A stretch of DNA of 64,000 bases from Bugula neritina. Lineage: Eukaryota > Animalia > Bryozoa. Within the stretch, counting starts at the first letter, position 1, and every line of letters begins with the position of its first letter. The translations under genes were made by a program, and so were the position numbers. The stretch lies in assembly GCA_964035545.1 (NCBI GenBank), contig OZ037768.1, positions 372,001-436,000 on the forward strand, written 5' to 3'. Below, one piece after another: positions 62,687 to 64,000 of this stretch. The notes below the pieces were generated by a model. That model made no database searches and was not told where the DNA came from. It was given only the letters and a program-made list of their open reading frames with translations.

Positions 62687-63228
62687 CTATTGGTAATACA
62701 TGGAGTACGGGTTATTCATCATTGCTGTAGAGTGATAGGGTTGGGGTACAACAGGGGGTCCCCCTGGGTTATACTGATTAGCTGATGTAGATGACCAGTA
62801 CTGGTTAGGACGAGCACTTCTAAACAGACCCTGGGCCCCCATGCTGGCCGTGTGTCCAGTTATTAGGTTGCTATGGTAACTGGCCTGCATCAGCAGATCC
62901 TGGTGGTACTGGTAGTTGATGTATGCATTCTCCGTGCTGCTCTGGGGCTGCATTGCCTGGGCCAGCCCAGCAAAGTCAAACTTATACGCATACCTCTTAC
63001 CGTGCACCTTAGTCATGATATTTTTATCATAATAATATCGTAGCGCACGACTCAACTTATCGTAGTTCATGTTGGGTTTGCTCTTTCTCTCCCCCCACCT
63101 GCGCGCTACCTCATCCGGATCTACCAGTTTGAATTCTCCATTCGTTCCCTCCCACGTAATGGACGGAGCATTTCGGCTGTCTGATAGAAGTTCCAGTAAG
63201 AACTGCCACAGCTGGATCTGTCCACTTC
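62687..63228 (-). CDS. ERG/FLI1/FEV-subfamily ETS transcription factor, last exon (gene continues beyond the window)
   Basis: Acceptor TTACAG at 63229, then [79 protein letters not shown], which is an ERG-class ETS domain. Confidence 0.93.
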
Positions 63229-63241
63229 CTGTAAGAGAAAA

Positions 63242-64000
63242 GGTCAGTGTTGTAGCTGCACACTCAATCTATTAATAAATAATAATATAGGGTCAGTGTT
63301 GTAGCTGCACACTCAGTCTATTAATAAATAATAATATAGGGTCAGTGTTGTAGCTGCACACTCAGTCTATTACTATAATATAGGGTCAATGTTGTAACTG
63401 CACACTCAGCCTATAAGGTGTGTATCTTGCCAGCCAGCTCTCCAATAATTTATATTATGCAGTATTATAATTATTATACCATCATATAGTGTATTATATT
63501 ATACCATCATATAGTGTATTATATTATACCATCATATAGTGTATTATATTATACCATCATATAGTGTATTATATTATACCATCATATAGTGTATTATATT
63601 ATACCATCATATAGTGTATTATATTATACCATCATATAGTGTATTATATTATACCATCATATAGTGTATTATATTATACCATCATAATATAGTGTATTAT
63701 ATTATACCATCATATAGTGTATTATATTATACCATCATATAGCGTGTTATATTATACCATCATATAGTGTGTTATATTATACCATCATATAGTGTATTAT
63801 ATTATACCATCATATAGTGTATTATATTATACCATCATAATATAGTGTATTATATTATACCATCATAATATAGTGTATTATATTATACCATCATATAGTG
63901 TGTTATATTATACCATCATAATAATATAGTGTATTATATTATACCATCATATAGTGTATTATATTATACCATCATAATATAGTGTATTATATTATACCAT
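63242..64000. repeat. Arrays in the ETS gene intron
   Basis: ~49-bp GGTCAGTGTTGTAGCTGCACACTCAGTCTATT.. x4 (63242-63413); 25-bp TATTATATTATACCATCATATAGTG (63470-64000, runs off the window). Confidence 0.92.

Noticed and set aside
1-64000. Species assignment
   Set aside because: Gene content indicates an invertebrate animal, but the sequence alone does not let me name the taxon reliably.

Overview
Eukaryotic (animal, invertebrate-like) genomic DNA that is gene-dense and intron-rich. Exon chains reconstructed by hand from GT-AG sites and frame continuity give the following. (1) The 3' part of the mRNA capping enzyme RNGTT (+). (2) Two complete, tandemly duplicated 11-exon FOXRED2-like flavoprotein genes (-). 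(3) A CPFC glutaredoxin (-). (4) A 19-exon DDX54/DBP10 helicase (-). (5) An unrecognised small single-pass membrane protein with one 6-Cys module (+). (6) An 11-exon BCKDK (+). (7) The last exon of an ERG/FLI-family ETS factor (-). There is also a hAT-type non-autonomous element with an 8-bp TSD that carries a nested fold-back element, plus smaller MITE-like palindromes. Most long ORFs in the supplied track are artefacts of tandem repeats. The most striking feature is that most introns hold their own private minisatellite, and in at least a dozen cases the unit is a copy of the gene's own exon-intron junction. The result is arrays of 3 to about 90 decoy splice sites next to the real one. Some arrays are in frame, some regenerate a donor (AG|GT, recursive-splicing-like), and one carries a U1 snRNA 5'-end mimic in every unit. 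The FOXRED2 paralogs give before/after snapshots of how these arrays arise and show patchy protein divergence. All coordinates and copy numbers were read by eye; copy numbers are approximate.
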